A stretch of DNA of 64,000 nucleotides from Octopus sinensis (lineage: Eukaryota), in NCBI RefSeq assembly GCF_006345805.1, contig NC_043000.1, positions 160,952,001-161,016,000 of the forward strand, given 5' to 3'. Below, one piece after another: positions 24,601-39,349 of this stretch. The stretch's first letter is position 1; each line of letters starts with the position of its first letter. A program made the translations under genes and the position numbers. The notes under the pieces were generated by a model, which was given only the letters and a program-made list of their open reading frames with translations, did not search any database and was not told the DNA's origin.

Positions 24601-24635
24601 TACCTGGCCTGGTAGCTACCTAAAATATTACAATA

Positions 24636-24854
24636 CTAGGGAATGTTAAAAAGTTCCTGGCTTTCTAAGTGTATCGCGATAGGCCAAGCTGGAGGCCCAA
24701 AATTCCGAGTTCATTTACAGGGCTTATAAAAACCGAAGGACCGCTACAATAAGTATGTGAACCTGAGAGGGGAATATGTTGAATAAAATTATAATTAACA
24801 GATCCTTCTGTATTTTCTTTTACCCAACGCCAGGAACTTTTCGGCATTACCTTG
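24636..24854. mobile_element. Mariner-type MITE (~220 bp)
   Basis: Imperfect TIRs (CTAGGGAATGTTAAAAAGTTCCTGGC versus reverse-complement CAAGGTAATGCCGAAAAGTTCCTGGC), with TA on both sides. Confidence 0.5.
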
Positions 24855-25723
24855 TATATAGTGGCATATCTTCAGTGGTCAGACTTTATATTACAACGTG
24901 ACTCGGACTGCCATGGAAGCCCTCCCCTAATATTTTCTGTAAGTTTCTGCAGAGGGGTTTTTATGGTGGAGGTTGAAAGCATTGGAAATACTTGGCATGA
25001 ACTGGAACATATGAGAGCTGCGCCAGCATGAGAGGACGACAGCATTGTCATAGTGTCGGATTCATCTCATCTCCAGTTTGTCGGATCCATTCCGGAGGGT
25101 GCCAGGAGGTAAAGGCAGCGCACATTAAGCGGGGCTGAGTAATGTATATTTGGATTGTCAAAAATGGAGGGGCTTTTACTTACTTATATATACCTGAAAA
25201 AGAACAGTTGTAAGATTCCGAAGCTGATGTGCGGGTGATAATATGAAAGCGTGAACCTGGTCTCCAAGTTCAAGGACGGGGTGACACACTTTCTACATGC
25301 TGGTGACTCAATGTAGGTGGAAGAGAAATACAAGGGGGAAACCAGAGACAGTGTTTACATTCGGTTCATCCCTACCTTTACTGCTCAATATGCGAAACGG
25401 GGATTACTGAACAATGTCTCGGAATTGACTAGCCTTGCGCCACCTCTGTTCGGGAACAATAGACTCACTCGTTCTGGTGCTCCTATTGATATGTGTTGAA
25501 TCAATTCAACATCACAGTCCGCACTAAACATTATGTTCCTTTATTCGTACACAGACAATCCTACATCTGGAATATTTTTTCTTTCCTTATGGGTGTTTAT
25601 GGAGAACGTCAATGCCACTGTTCTCGAAGGGACTACGAATGTCACAGACACTGTACTTTCCTCCTTAGGGAAGAAATAAAAATTAAAAAATAAGGATTTC
25701 TTATAAACATGTGTGTGTATATA

Positions 25724-25795
<72 letters not shown>

Positions 25796-26121
25796 GTGCG
25801 TGCGTGTGAATGTGCAAAGGTAAGATCCAAGGATAAAAGTGTGGGAAGATAGTAAGCATCAATCAGTCCACAGAAGGTGTAAAAAAAACTTTCAGAAACA
25901 ATAGTGGTAGAAAGATGTAAATTTTTCCCATATCGAAGTTTGATAAACTGAAAATATTGTATTGTAGCTTACGCTTACGGTTAGCAGTTGAGGTTGTTGT
26001 GTACGCGAATAAAAATTCAAAATTAGGGAATAGAGTAGATAAAATCCAGGCTACATACGTATCATATGTTTCGGAAGTAGTAATAGACCAAACGAAGGGT
26101 AGTGCACTATGTGCGTATGTA

Positions 26122-26157
<36 letters not shown>

Positions 26158-26529
26158 TGTATGTATGTATGTATGTATGTATGTATGTATGTATGTATGT
26201 ATGCATGTAATATATATTTTTTATTTTTTAACAAGAATAGTATTGACTTTGACTTCGAAGTTTGGATCAGCTAAGCCCTATAAATCGTTTAAGTTCATCT
26301 TAGCTTAATATAGTCTCTATTAAGTTGAAATGTTTTGCGGAGTAAGCTGAGTTCCGTTGAATTATAATTATGCAGTTTGTGGTGATACAGAGAATTTTTA
26401 TTGATTAAATGTGGGGAAGTGCTAATATAGCAAGTTTGTTAGCAGAACTGTCACAAAGTTTGGTCGGGTTTGGTTTTATTTAGATATTAAATGTATCATT
26501 TGTGTTTTTATCATTTAATTGTTACAGAG

Positions 26530-26709
26530 ATTGGATTGCGGCCATACTGGGGCACTGCCGAGAATGAATTGACCCCGAAACTTATTTTCTAAGCCTGACT
26601 CTTATTCTATAAGATACATTTGCCGAACCGCTAAGTTACGGAGATGTAAACACACCAACACTAGTTGTCAAGTGGTGGTAGAGACAAACACACGCACGCA
26701 CACACGCAT

Positions 26710-26775
<66 letters not shown>

Positions 26776-26960
26776 ACATATATATATGCTTATACTCGAC
26801 GGGCTTCTTTCAGTTTCCGTCTACCAAATTCACTCACAGGAATTTAGTCGGTCCGGGGCTTAGTAGAAGTCACCTGCCCAAGGTGTCATGCAGTGAGACT
26901 GAAACCAGAACTATGTGGTCGGGAAGCAAGTTTCTTACCCCACAGCTACGCCCGCGCCTA
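26530..26960 (-). mobile_element. SINE family A copy (diverged)
   Basis: Reverse complement of the family A head, body and tail. Confidence 0.75.
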
Positions 26961-27639
26961 TTCAAAGATACATATGGTTATCTTTCGTTTTGAGTATGTG
27001 AAGGTTAAATCCCAGTGTTCAATCCAGTATTTTAACATTAGTAATTATGTTTTCTTGGTATGTTATCTTTTAGGGGATTTATATTTAAGGGTTCGCAAAA
27101 GAATTTAGGTGGATGTTGTGTTCTATTTGTTTGGCACGTTGGCGTTATTTATGATGTTTCCAGTTTATATTTAGAGAGTACTGATTATCGCTTAAATATG
27201 TCGCAGTGTTATTAATTTGGAGAATTTGCTAAACAACTGTTCTAATGTTCGCTAGAGTTTGTATATAGGTTTAAAGGTTGTTGGTCAGCATATTTATTTC
27301 TAGTGGATCATCGTCCTTGAAGATATTTTGTTGTTATTTGTATTATATTTAAAATATGCGTAAGCGGGGTTAAGTTTGTAAGCTCCTTTTTAAAAACATT
27401 TCTTATATTCGGTATCAGGCACGGGAACGTTTTATAATACGTCGCGTTATTTGTATTTATTAAAATGGGTAAAAGTTTTGCATAAGAAATGTGCAAGAAT
27501 TACAAGCCAGGTTATTCCTCTATCTTTCTAGCATAAATGTATGCTTGCGTTTTCGTGGGTGGGTGGACTTATTTTAGAAGATTATGATGAAAGTAGTGGA
27601 TGGTGATGACAGCTATGGTAGGAGAAGGGTGGTGGGGGC

Positions 27640-28400
27640 ATTTTCATATTTAGCCAATAGAAAAACCTACAGGTTTCAAATCTTTTTTGATTTAATGATT
27701 TTGTACTTACACGAGGTAACTAATTCGGAGTTTCGGTTCAGAGTTTGGTATATGAACATAAGAATGTGATAGGATTCATTTATACAAAATTGGCATAGTT
27801 TGCTAATACTTTATAAGGTTGTGCGTTAACAAAATTTTCCAATTTATTGTAATTGAAGACTTTTTATATTTTAATGCTCATATATGCTTGAATAAAGAAG
27901 TATTATTCATCTTGTTTGAGCTGTGAAAAGTTTGTGCGTTTTTCCTATCGTGTATTTAACTGGTTTGATATATACCCTATATATGTAGAAGTTGTAGTTG
28001 GTGTAGTATTCGTGGTCACTATTGTATTATAGACAATATTGCTTAAGAGACAGTTTTCTTCAAGAAGGCAGGATAAAGATGTTCAACAACTGAAATTGTT
28101 GTTATTATTTCTATGGTTTTGGTTTTCGGCTTTAGATTACTTTTGCCTGATTTTGGCTGCATTTTTTCCTAAATTGTTAGTTTTATGCTGTATTTGCTAA
28201 TTGGTGTGCGATACTTGTGATTAGGGTGGAAGTGTTTTTGCAGTAAACTGAAAAATTAATTTGGCATTTGGTGTGGAGACTTGTATGTTGAAGAGAAGTA
28301 GAGTTGAACCAGATCATTTTCTTTTTTCTATTTTCCCGCTTTTTATTTATTGTAGATGTTGTGTTGTTTATATATACTGCCATTTCCTTGTAGCTGCTAT
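27640..28400 (-). pseudogene. Penelope-like element relic: linker plus GIY-YIG endonuclease C-terminus
   Basis: The minus strand gives NRKKKMIWFN, then SCLLEENCLLSNIVY...TYIG (GIY-YIG), then CQFCINESYHILM...TLNRNSELVTSCK. It carries stops and frameshifts. Confidence 0.75.
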
Positions 28401-28714
28401 TATTGTGAGCTCCATTTTAAGGGGATAGTGAAAACGACACACCTACACATACACACCTAATTATAAAACTATACATGTACGAATAAATTCTAACCATTAC
28501 CACTTCCAGAAATTTAATCAATAAAAGTTTTCCATACTATGTTACCCCAACAGCCAAATTGCCATTTAACAGAACCCAGGTTACCCTAGAAAATTTTGAC
28601 ACGATGGCCGAAACTTCGAAATCACTGTCAATCCTAATCTTGTTATAGAAATTTAGTTTCTACTGAACCAAATCTACTGAGTAATCCTTCAATTTCATTC
28701 AATATCATTTTTAT

Positions 28715-29600
28715 TTCAACAGTTGTTGTTATCCAATGGGCGCAGAAACATAACATGTAACTGAACGAGAACAAGTTTGAGTTAGTTCACTTTGGTAAAG
28801 AGGCTGTACTTAAACAACCATATATTCTTCCTTCAGGCGAACACACATCGATGTAACTGTCGACTATAACTTAAGTTGGAGTTTCAACATAAACAAAAAG
28901 TCGACATGGCCCGCTGGGCGTGCTCCTGGATCCTCAGGACTTCCAAGTCTAAAGATGCTCGAACCATTATCCTTCTTTTTTCTACCTTCGCCGACCCTCA
29001 CCTTGATTACTGTTGTCCGCTATGGTCTCTCTACACGACCCAGAATATTAAAAAGCTTGAAACGCTCCAGAGATTAATAACAAAAACAAGAAAAATGATA
29101 GCATGTCTGGTCTTAATTACTGGGATCGACTCGCCCATCTCAAACTGTATTCTCTCCAGCGCCGCCGAGGCCGCTTTATTATTTGTATGATGTGGAAATT
29201 GTTCCGACAGTATTGCCCAAATGATATAGGTATCACTTTTAAAATCCACCCAAAGCTTGGCCTCCGTGCCATGCGCCCTCTACAGAAATCTTGATCTCAG
29301 CACATCATAACACTAAGACAGAACTACTTCTCATCAACTGGACCTACACATTTTAACATCACTCCAAAACACATAAAGGAGGAAAAAGATTTCATAACAT
29401 TTAAAAAGTTCTTGGATGAATAACTCCAACAAATTCCAGATAAGCCACCTATACCTGGATATAATGCTGTAAGCAACAGCTCTTTAATCGAATGGGCAAT
29501 GGTGCCTAGAAATAACTATACGAAAATACATTACTAAATGTCTTTTCCAGGTGGTGGTATTAAGTTAGCTATGGCCTGGGCCAGTGTGGCCGAAGCCTAT
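28715..29600 (+). pseudogene. 3' fragment of a CR1/L2-type LINE (post-RT region)
   Basis: ARWACSWILRT...LDYCCPLWS...KKLETLQR; NYWDRLAHLKLYSLQRRR. Confidence 0.8.
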
Positions 29601-29677
29601 CTAAGTATAGAAACAATCACACACACACACATCCACGCACACACACACACGCACACACACACACGCACACACACACG

Positions 29678-29713
<36 letters not shown>

Positions 29714-30789
29714 CACAGAGAGGGTGCATTTAACTCTCCACCTTTTGCTTTTTCTCATTTTGCATGTATATATATATATACACACACACATATCTTGTAT
29801 TTCATATCCACACCCCAAATTATTATATTAAATATATTTGATATAGTTAATATATCTAATTTATTTGTCCGCATAATTGCCTCTATACCCACTCAACTTT
29901 TAGATTATTCTTTATCTTGTGGAATTGATCTCTTGTAAAGACATCTAAGTTTGAATCTTTTGATCGCTACTGTTTTCTATACCGAGAATCTCTGGATCTT
30001 ATTTGTGGAATATGTGTGTGTGTGTGTCTGTGTGTGTATGTATGTATATGTGTGTGTATGTCTTTATGTATATGTGTGTATGTATGTATGTATGTATGTA
30101 TGTACGTATGCATGCACGTATGTATGTATTTTTAATAATGTTCGGATCATGGTTTTAGTTCACTACTTTAGCAATAAAATAAGCTTACACAATTGTTTAA
30201 ATTACTGTACTCAATGGGCTGAAAACAACGTATTCACCCTTCAAATTCACGGCACCCAAGTAACGAAACAAGCCTAATTTGCCGCTTTAAATTACTGTAC
30301 CTAATTGACTAAAAGCTGCGTATTTCACCCTTTAGGCACACGACACCAAAATGATTCAAAACTAACCCAGTTCACTGCTTTAGTTCACTGCAGTTAAGTG
30401 ATTGAAACTAGTTTAGTTCACTGTTTTATTTCACTGAATTTAAATTACATTAACGGGGTAAATTCACTACTAAAGCTTACAGCACACCCGGGGGCGTCAA
30501 AACCAGTTTCACACCGTTTTACTTCACAGAATCTATGTGGCAAAATTCAATTCAGTCCAATGTTCCTGTTTTGTGTACGTAGGTGTACTTAGGTGATCAA
30601 GACCAATCTAGTTCGCTGTTTTAGCTAACCACACCTAAGTGATCAAAACCAGTTGAGTTCACCGTTCCAGTTCGCAGAAGATAAGTGCTGCAAACTAACC
30701 TAGTTTATTGTTTTGGTTTCGTTGCTTAGTTCACTGCTTCAGTTGACTGCACCTAAGTGATCGATACTTGCTTAGTTTATCGGTTTTAG

Positions 30790-31160
30790 CATTATCATCG
30801 TCGTATTCCCCCCTCTTCCTCCTAATCATCACCGCGACCACCATAACCACCACGACCATACCACAAGCACCATCACAACCGTTACCACCTCTACCACCAC
30901 CATCATCATCATCGTTACCATCATCATCATCATTATCATCATCACAACGACAACGATCGTTACCGCCATTACCACAACCACCACCACCACCATCATCGTT
31001 ACCATTACCACCACCACCACCACCACCACACCATCACCAACATATCCTCCACCCGAGTCAATAACACCACCGTCTGCAGCATAATAAAAAAGTATCAAGT
31101 TGAGTATTCGAATCGTCATTAAATTACGATCACCACCACCACCACCACCACCACCATCGT
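30790..31160. repeat. Compound (CAT)/(CAC) trinucleotide repeat
   Basis: Direct reading. Confidence 0.9.
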
Positions 31161-31181
31161 AATCAAGATCTACTTCATAAA

Positions 31182-31227
<46 letters not shown>

Positions 31228-31422
31228 GCACCTACCGCCCCCCTCTTATAATTGCACGTCTTGCTGCTTATGGTTATGCAAAATAGTTTCGCAAGACATT
31301 AACCCTTGTTTACCATAGTATATAACATACCAGACGAAATAATCCAGAACGGAAGTTACAGTGCAGTAATATATGCATGTGTGTGTGTATGTGCACTTTT
31401 GTGTGTGTGTGTGTATGTGCAC

Positions 31423-31455
<33 letters not shown>

Positions 31456-31540
31456 TATGCGTTTAATTGTGCTGACGTGTGTGTCATGAGTTTTATGTAT
31501 GTGGGTGTTCAGTTACACCGTGCTGTTGTTTGTATCTGTA

Positions 31541-31581
<41 letters not shown>

Positions 31582-31789
31582 AGAGATTGTGGATTACGTT
31601 CTGTATGTATGTGTGTATGTGTGTATGCGTGTGTATTGAGTTGCAGCGTATTGTCATTTGAGTATATATGTCTGTGCGTTGTGATGTTGTATCTATGCTG
31701 CGGGTGAGCGTCAGAATATGTGTGTGTGCGTGTAGATGTAGATGTATATTTGTGTGTGCAAGTGTGTATTTTCGGACTCCGTGTTGCTG

Positions 31790-31794
31790 TGTAA

Positions 31795-31827
<33 letters not shown>

Positions 31828-31892
31828 CAGCAGCAGCGGTGGTAGTGGCAGCGGCAGTAGTAGCAGCAGTAGCACCAGTAGTAGTAGTAGTT

Positions 31893-31932
<40 letters not shown>

Positions 31933-31996
31933 CAGCAGCAGCAGCAGCGGTGGTAGTGGTGGTGGTGGCAGCGGCAGTAGTAGAAGCAGCAGCACC

Positions 31997-32045
<49 letters not shown>

Positions 32046-32255
32046 ATTGTAATCGTAGTAGTAGTAGTAGTAATCGTAGTAGTAGTAGCAGTAGCAGCAG
32101 TAGCAATAGTAGTAGTAGTAGTAGTAGTAGTAATCGTAATAGTAGTAGTAGTAGTAGTAGCAGCAGCAGCAGTAGTAGTAGTAGTAGCAGTAGTAGTAAT
32201 CGTAATAGTAGTAGTAGTAGCAGCAGCAGCAGAAGTAGTAGTAGTAGTAGTAGTA
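31790..32255. repeat. Compound (TAG)/(CAG) trinucleotide repeat
   Basis: Direct reading. It explains the poly-T/V/L/S ORFs. Confidence 0.95.
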
Positions 32256-33289
32256 TATGCCTCATATGTAAGTATCTCTAGTATGTTCAGACATTTGTTT
32301 TCCAGACACCTGATTCTGGGTTCAACACCATTGTGTTGTAGCATGGGGGAGTTTCATTGGCCACGACTCTGGGTTGACCTGCACCAAGTAAGTGGAATTT
32401 TGTGGACAGAAACTGACTGAGGGTAATAGAGTACATAAAAGCCCCCCACACACATAAACAAACGAATATACACACAGGTTCATATAAAATTGAAGTTATG
32501 CAAAAGCTGATTTGGAAGAACCCTTAACATTCCGGATAAAATGCTTTGTGCCTTTTCTTCTGATCTTACGTTCTAAGTTCAAATTCTGTCGACTTTGTTT
32601 TTTATCCTTTTTCCTCTCGTCTCGTCGCCCTTTTCAAGCTCATGGGCCCGGTTTCCCGGTTTCTGTGGCGTATGTCCCCTCCCCCCAGCTGGATGGGACG
32701 CCAGCGTTACTCAAGAAACAGGAAGAGAGAGAGAGTGAGAAAAGTTGTGGCGGAAGAGTACAACAGAGGTCGCCACCACCCCCTACCGGAGTCTCGTGGA
32801 GCTTTTAGGTATTTTCGCTCAATAAACACACACAACGCCCTGTCTGGAAATCGAAACTGCGATCTCTGACCGCGTGTCCGCTGCCCTAACCACTGGTCGA
32901 TAAATTAAGCAGCAATTGAGCTTTGGGGTCGATGCAATCATGTAGCCTCTCCCTCAAAATTTCAGGCCGTGTACTTATAGTAGAAAAATTACTTAAAGGT
33001 AAAGTTTAAGGAAGCTTAAGAATAACAACGAAATATTAGCTGATGAGGGGACTCAACAGTGGGAGTAGGATAAAATTGATTGTAAAGATCGTGTTGACAT
33101 ACAAGTGCCAACTAACGGCTATTTCGACTTCTAGAATAATACGCCGTCAGTCGGGGCTTAAAATCCTAGTCAAAACGAATTTATACATACATGCATATAC
33201 ATGCCTGTATAAATACATATGTGTGTGTGTGTGTGTGTGTGTGCGTGTGTGTATGTTTACATACATACTTTCCAAGGAGTACACCCTCA

Positions 33290-35330
33290 TCTCTTTTAGC
33301 CTCTTCTTGTAGCTCGTCTGTTGCACCGAGACAATCCACTTGGTATAGTGACTCTGGATTGCCTCGAATTCCGCTGTTAGTTTGATTCTGTATGGTGGCC
33401 ATAATTGGAAGCTGTAATCCGGTGACTGAGCTCGAATTTCTCAAAAACAATGGTTTATTTTTCAGTGTGTGAATGACTTCAGAATCCAGTGAATCATTTG
33501 TCTGCGCATTGCTGCCGCCCTCTTATCAATATGCATACAGAATGAGGCATCACAGCGCATGTAGATTTTAAGATTATCTCAAAGGGATTGAGATAATCAC
33601 TGGTCTGGTGTATTCTGATTGCAATCTGTTTGTAGTTCGATAGCGAAGTGCTTGAAATTTGTTAGCATTGAACAGCATGTTATATTCTTCAGCCCACTTC
33701 CTTATTGTGTTGAAGTTTTTCTGTTGTTTTGAGGCCTCATCAAGGTCCTTGACTATTTGTGATATTCTTGTATTCTCAACGTAGCTGGTGAATGTAGCTG
33801 TCTGTGTGCCTCTGAGCATGCTGAGAGTGCCACTATAAAGAGTAGCGGTCCCAGTACAGTTCTCTGATGTACGCCGCTTATTAGTTGCTATCTCCTTACA
33901 TTGACTGCTACTGTATTAAGCTTTTAAAACGCTTTTTAAAACGTCATGCAGCCACTCACCTAGTTTTTCAATGATACTTAGGTCGTGCAGCTTCTGACAT
34001 ATCATCCCGTGATCGAGATTGTCAAAGGCCTTGACAAAGTTGAAATATAATGCATCTACATTTGAATGGCTGAGCTGTTATTTCAATACCAGTCATAAAA
34101 TTCTAGCAGCTCTGTAATGCAGCTCGTTCTTGGACGGAAGCCATGCTGCGTATCACTCAGCATGACTCTTTTTTTGTTCTTTTTCCTAAGAATGTGATCA
34201 ATTTCTTTCTGACAATGCATTTCATGTTTTTGCCGACATGTGAGGTCAGAGAGATATTCTGGTAATTCTTAGCATTTGCTCAGCTACCTTTTTTGTAGAT
34301 TGGGCATAGTACACCCACTTACAACATTTTGATCAGTTTGCCATATGCGAGGAAATGCTGAAAAAGTATCCGCAGTGGTTTTACGGGAGATTTCTTGCAT
34401 TTCATTAAGAGAATAACTGGAGAACCATGAAGGTCCGTTGCTGAGTTCATCAGTGACCGATGTTGTATCCTTTTCTTTTATTCCGATATAATCGATGGTT
34501 GTCTCATCCCCGTCTAGATCTGTGGTGTAGAAGTTATCAGGCTTGTTTATTTGTATATTTTTCAGTGAGGACGGGAAAACACTTTGGAATTATTTATTTA
34601 GTATTTCACTGATCCTCTTGGAGTTAGCAGTGAGCCAGAGATATTCTTCAAACGGTGATTCTATCTTATGGAAGCCTGAGACAGATTCTTGTGAAAATTT
34701 GTAAAAGGCTTTATGGTTCCTTTTAAGATTTTCAACTACTCTAGTTTCTCTCCCTTTTTCTTTTTCTTCATGAGTTTATTTTCGAAAAATAACTTTTTGA
34801 GGTGGAACTTCTTACTATCATTAAGTTATTTCTTTAAGCGATTTGAGAACGTTACTCATCGTCTCGTATAGAATCTTCTGCCACGGGAGATGTTTTTGCG
34901 TGTATTGTCTTTTTTCTCAGAGAAAATTTTATGCACATGGCTTGCATTATAGACATAAATCCTTCGAGTTTCATCACTAGACATGCATAGAGAAATTTTT
35001 GAGCAAATTTAGTTTCAGGATACACTTTTGAACAGATTTCCAATCAGCCTCTAAGAAGTCTATGCTGCAGAGAGTTTGGGTGGATTCTGTGTATGGCCCG
35101 AAAGTAGTTTCGGACATTACATTGCTTATTCTATTATGATATGGTCTCATAAAAATCGCTGGCACCATTTTCATATTGTGAATAAGTTCCACCTTACTAG
35201 TGAAGCAGAGGTCTAAGATGTTGTTGTCCCTTATCAGGAGTAGACATACTTGTTTTCTAAACATCCTCTTCGTGATATCAAGGAGGGATTCGGTATGATT
35301 CTCTTTTTTGCGTATCATTCTTGGGATCAT
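33290..35330 (-). pseudogene. Degenerate CR1/L2-type LINE (end of EN through RT)
   Basis: DNNILDLCFT (EN), VDALYFNFVKAFDNLDHG, GPLLFIV, SYVENTRI (eroded YADD) and WAEEYNMLFNANKFQ, with many stops. Confidence 0.8.
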
Positions 35331-35490
35331 TTACCTTCAACCTATCTGATATTGGGGAACTTGAAGTTACCCATGGGAAGCACATTAGCGCTTTGATATA
35401 GCTTCACGAATACTTCTTTCTTTTTTCATTTTAAGACTGTCGTCAAATTCACAACAATGATTGGAGACATTACGTAGACAATGTACTGTA

Positions 35491-36074
35491 TATATTCTTT
35501 TCTACTCTAAACACAAGACCCGAAATTTGGGGGGAGGGGGTCAGTCGATTAGATCGACCCCAGTACGCAACTGGTATTTAATTTATCGACACCGAAAGGA
35601 TGAAAGGCAAAGTCGACCTCGGCGGAACTTGAGCACAGAACACAAAGACATGAAATACCTATTTCTTTACTACCCACAAGGGGCTAAACACAGAGAGGAC
35701 AAACAAGAGCAGACAAACGGATTAAGTCGATTATATTGACACCCATGCGTAACTGGTACTTATTTAATCGACCCGAAAAGATGAAAGGCAAAGTCGACCT
35801 CGGCGGAATTTGAACTCAGAACGTAGCAGCAGACGAAATACATATTTCTTTACTACCCACATGGAGCTAAACACAGAGGAGACAAACAAGGACAAACAAA
35901 CGGATTAAGTCGACCATATCGACCCCAGTGCGTAATTGGTACTTAATTTATCGACCCCGAAAGGATGAAAGGCAAAGTCGACCTTGGCGGAATTTTAACT
36001 CAGAACGTAACGGCAGACGAAATACGGCTACGCATTTCGCCCGGCGTGCTAACGTTTCTGCCAGCTCGCCGCCT
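35491..36074 (-). mobile_element. Three tandem SINE family B copies
   Basis: The core is repeated at ~35580, ~35765 and ~35945, and the head ends at 36074. Confidence 0.85.
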
Positions 36075-36810
36075 TAAAGTGATATTAATATTCGTTTTCT
36101 CATTTTAAGTCTGTCGTCAAATTCACAATGGTTGGGGGCATTAGGTGGACGATATACTGAATATATTGCACATGAAGTTGCTTTATATGGAATGTCACTA
36201 TGTCCCAGACGACCTTGAATGTGACAACAGGGTTAAAGGTGTGAGATCTTCACAGGTGTACAGACTAACTACCGCATAGCTTCTTTCGTTTTATATATAC
36301 TTACTTTGTGAAATTTTTTCCATAAACTTAAGCGTCATGGCAGAATTCACAATTTTCAGGAGCGGTTTTCCATTATAATAGCTGCCTATGTAACTTGCTT
36401 TAATTAAGAACATCTCGATGTATTTGCATTCTTATGATACAGAGATGGCTATTTTAATTTAAAGCTGCTTCTGTTTCCTGTAAGGAATTTTTAACCAACC
36501 AAAACATAGATTGTTCATTCATTAGTTTCCTATATCGGTAAGGACAGATTTCATCTTAGAATGCAGTTGGTTGTGAATACATGCTACTGATAATGCCCAG
36601 TGGGGCAGAAATACATACCTAATATTATTACCGGCTGTTTTGTGTCTGATACCGATATGTATTCCCTTTTTAAACAAAGCACGTCCATGGGAGGTACCAT
36701 TTTTGGATTAATACTGCAATATTCGCGATCTATTTATATCAAGTATGATACACAGAGGATTTTATACACACACATAAACAAACACATACACATTCACATA
36801 TTATCTTCTA

Positions 36811-37015
36811 TCTTTAACTTGTCTTGGTCACTAGACTGCGGCCATGCAAGGGCACCACCTTAAATTTTTAGTTGAATAAATCGACCACGAGACTTCTTTT
36901 TTAAGCCTTGTACTTATTCTATCAGTCTCTTTTGCCGAACCGCTAATTTACGGGAATGCAAACACATCACCACTGTTTGTCAAATGATGGTGGGGCGACA
37001 AATATAGACACAATG

Positions 37016-37068
<53 letters not shown>

Positions 37069-37217
37069 CGAGGAGCTTCTTTCTAGTTTCCATCTCCCAA
37101 ATCCACTCAAAAGGCTTTGGTCGGCCCGAGGCTATAGTAGAAGGCACTTGCCCAAAGTGCCACGCTGAACTCGGAACCATGTGGTTGGGAAGCAAGCTAC
37201 TTACCACACAGCCACGC
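36811..37217 (-). mobile_element. SINE family A copy
   Basis: Reverse complement of the head, body and tail. Confidence 0.8.
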
Positions 37218-38039
37218 TATATATATATACTACCATTAAAGACCCGTCGTTGCCGGGTCATAGTGCTAGTGCATGTATATATGTGTATATATATGTGTAC
37301 ATATTACATGTACATATATATATATATACATCTACACATAAAATACAAAATACAAAGTTATATCTTGATATCGCTAGTGATAACAATACTCAAAATATAT
37401 AACAGACTGGAATTGTTAGCCTGTCTCTTGTAATTTCGATCAATTGTATCTTGTCCTCCCTCTTGTATAGAAGTGTAGCTACAACCCAACCTACCTCTAC
37501 TTCTGAATGGGGGGAGGGCATTTAAAATTTTTTTCCGGGACGTCCTACGTCCCAGATATAAAGGTAAAGAATAAAATATTTCCACTTTGCAAGTTCGAGT
37601 CGAGTACTCCCTTGCACGCTCCGTTGACTCGAACCTTGCTTCTATTGTGGCGAATTTACCGCCTCTGGTTAGTTATCTTTCATAGTCGCACCAAGACACT
37701 TTTCGAAAGTGCTTTCCTCAATGTGTTCAAATCTTCTTTTTTCTCTACATTGTATACTTTATAGACAATAGTCTTTTCTATAATTTAATTTTTTATTATC
37801 CATCTGGACTATTCCATTTCTGCACGCTAATTTTATTTTTAATTTATTCCAATTCATGTGAAACTACTTATTCAAGTTCAAGTCATTGATGCAATTTTAT
37901 ACCAATTGCTATTTTTACTTTTGTTATGTTACGATTATATTATACTTTAGTTTGATTTTAATTATTACTTGCTACATATAATTCAATTTTTATTATTATT
38001 TTTATTGTTAAAGTGAAAGTATCTGACATAAAATAGAGA

Positions 38040-38421
38040 AATGTTTTTGTTTCACTTTTAACACGTAATACTGAAATAGTGGAGAAGATATGATATTGCT
38101 ATGGGCTCGCTCTAGGCAAGAAGTTGAACATTTTTTTGTCCATGAAACTACATGGACCCTAAGTAAGGCATGTGTAAAATTTGAATGGAATTGGTTGTGT
38201 AGTTCTCAATTTTTAGGGAATCGTAGTGGAGAAGATATGATATTGCTGTGGGCTCGCCCTAGGCAAAAAGTACAAAATTGTTTTTACCGATGACACTCCC
38301 CGGACCCTAAGTAAAGCATGTGTAAAATTTGAATAAAATTGGTTTGTGTAGTTCTCAAGTTTTATGGAAACACACAGACAGACAGACATACACACATTCT
38401 CAGTTTTATATATATAAAGAT
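38040..38421 (-). mobile_element. Possible non-autonomous Helitron-like element with internal ~148-bp tandem duplication
   Basis: The minus strand begins ATCTTTATATATATAAAA followed by a (TCTG)/(TG) tract. 38077-38220 recurs at 38224-38370. No clear 3' CTRR end. Confidence 0.4.
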
Positions 38422-38660
38422 TATGTCGTGTGTGTATGTGTGTCTTTGTCTTTGTGTCAGTGTTATTCCCCCGCCCACATCGCTTGACAGCTGGTGTTGG
38501 TGAGCTTACGTCCTCGTAACTTAGCGGCTGGCAAAAGAGACCGATAGATTAATTACTCGGTTTAAGAAGATGTGATGGGGTCGATTTGTTCGACTAAAAA
38601 CCCTTCAAGACAGTGCTCCAGCGTAGCTGCAGTCAGATGACGAAACAAACATAAGATAGA
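38420..38660 (+). mobile_element. SINE family A, 3' half
   Basis: Matches the 3' half of 1473-1876. Confidence 0.7.
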
Positions 38661-39349
38661 AGTATATATATATATATGTCCAAAAAGTAAATAGTAGAAT
38701 TAATATACATATATATATATGGAAAAAAAAGTCAAGGTAGAAAATGGTAAACTAATTTTATAAAAAACATTTCAGTACCGGTTTCAGTCATTGAAACTTT
38801 CTCCACTGTAAGTATGGAAAACAATTAAATTTGGGAAAAGTTAAAAGAAAAGTTTTTATACTTTTTTAAAAGAATATTTGTATAGTGTTCGAATACAAGT
38901 GGCATTTTCCTGTATATATATTTCTATTAATGTTACTATTTACTTTTTGGATATACACTTTCTTTATCTACATGTGTATTGACTTTACTCATTGTTGATG
39001 CCGTTCCCTATTTTTTTTTTTGCTGTAGTTTCAGCTCAGAGCTGCGGCCATGCTGATGCGTCGCCGTTTATAGGCAAAAATGTACTACTTTCCCAAATAA
39101 ATTGCATTTCATATTCGAAGCTTTGCTGAAGGTATAAGGTCTAATTCAGGCACCCAACTATGAGTCTACTCCATCTTATTGAAGACACAGTTGGAAACTA
39201 GTGAAGTTCATAAGATAATCATTTATTCCTTTGTCATCTCTCTTTCTTATATCTGACTTCTGGCCAGAGTCAGATCGCCATGTTGAATCGCTAGCTTCTG
39301 CACGCATTTTTTTCTCTCCTTGTTTCTCTCCGTGTTTCTATTCTGTGTA

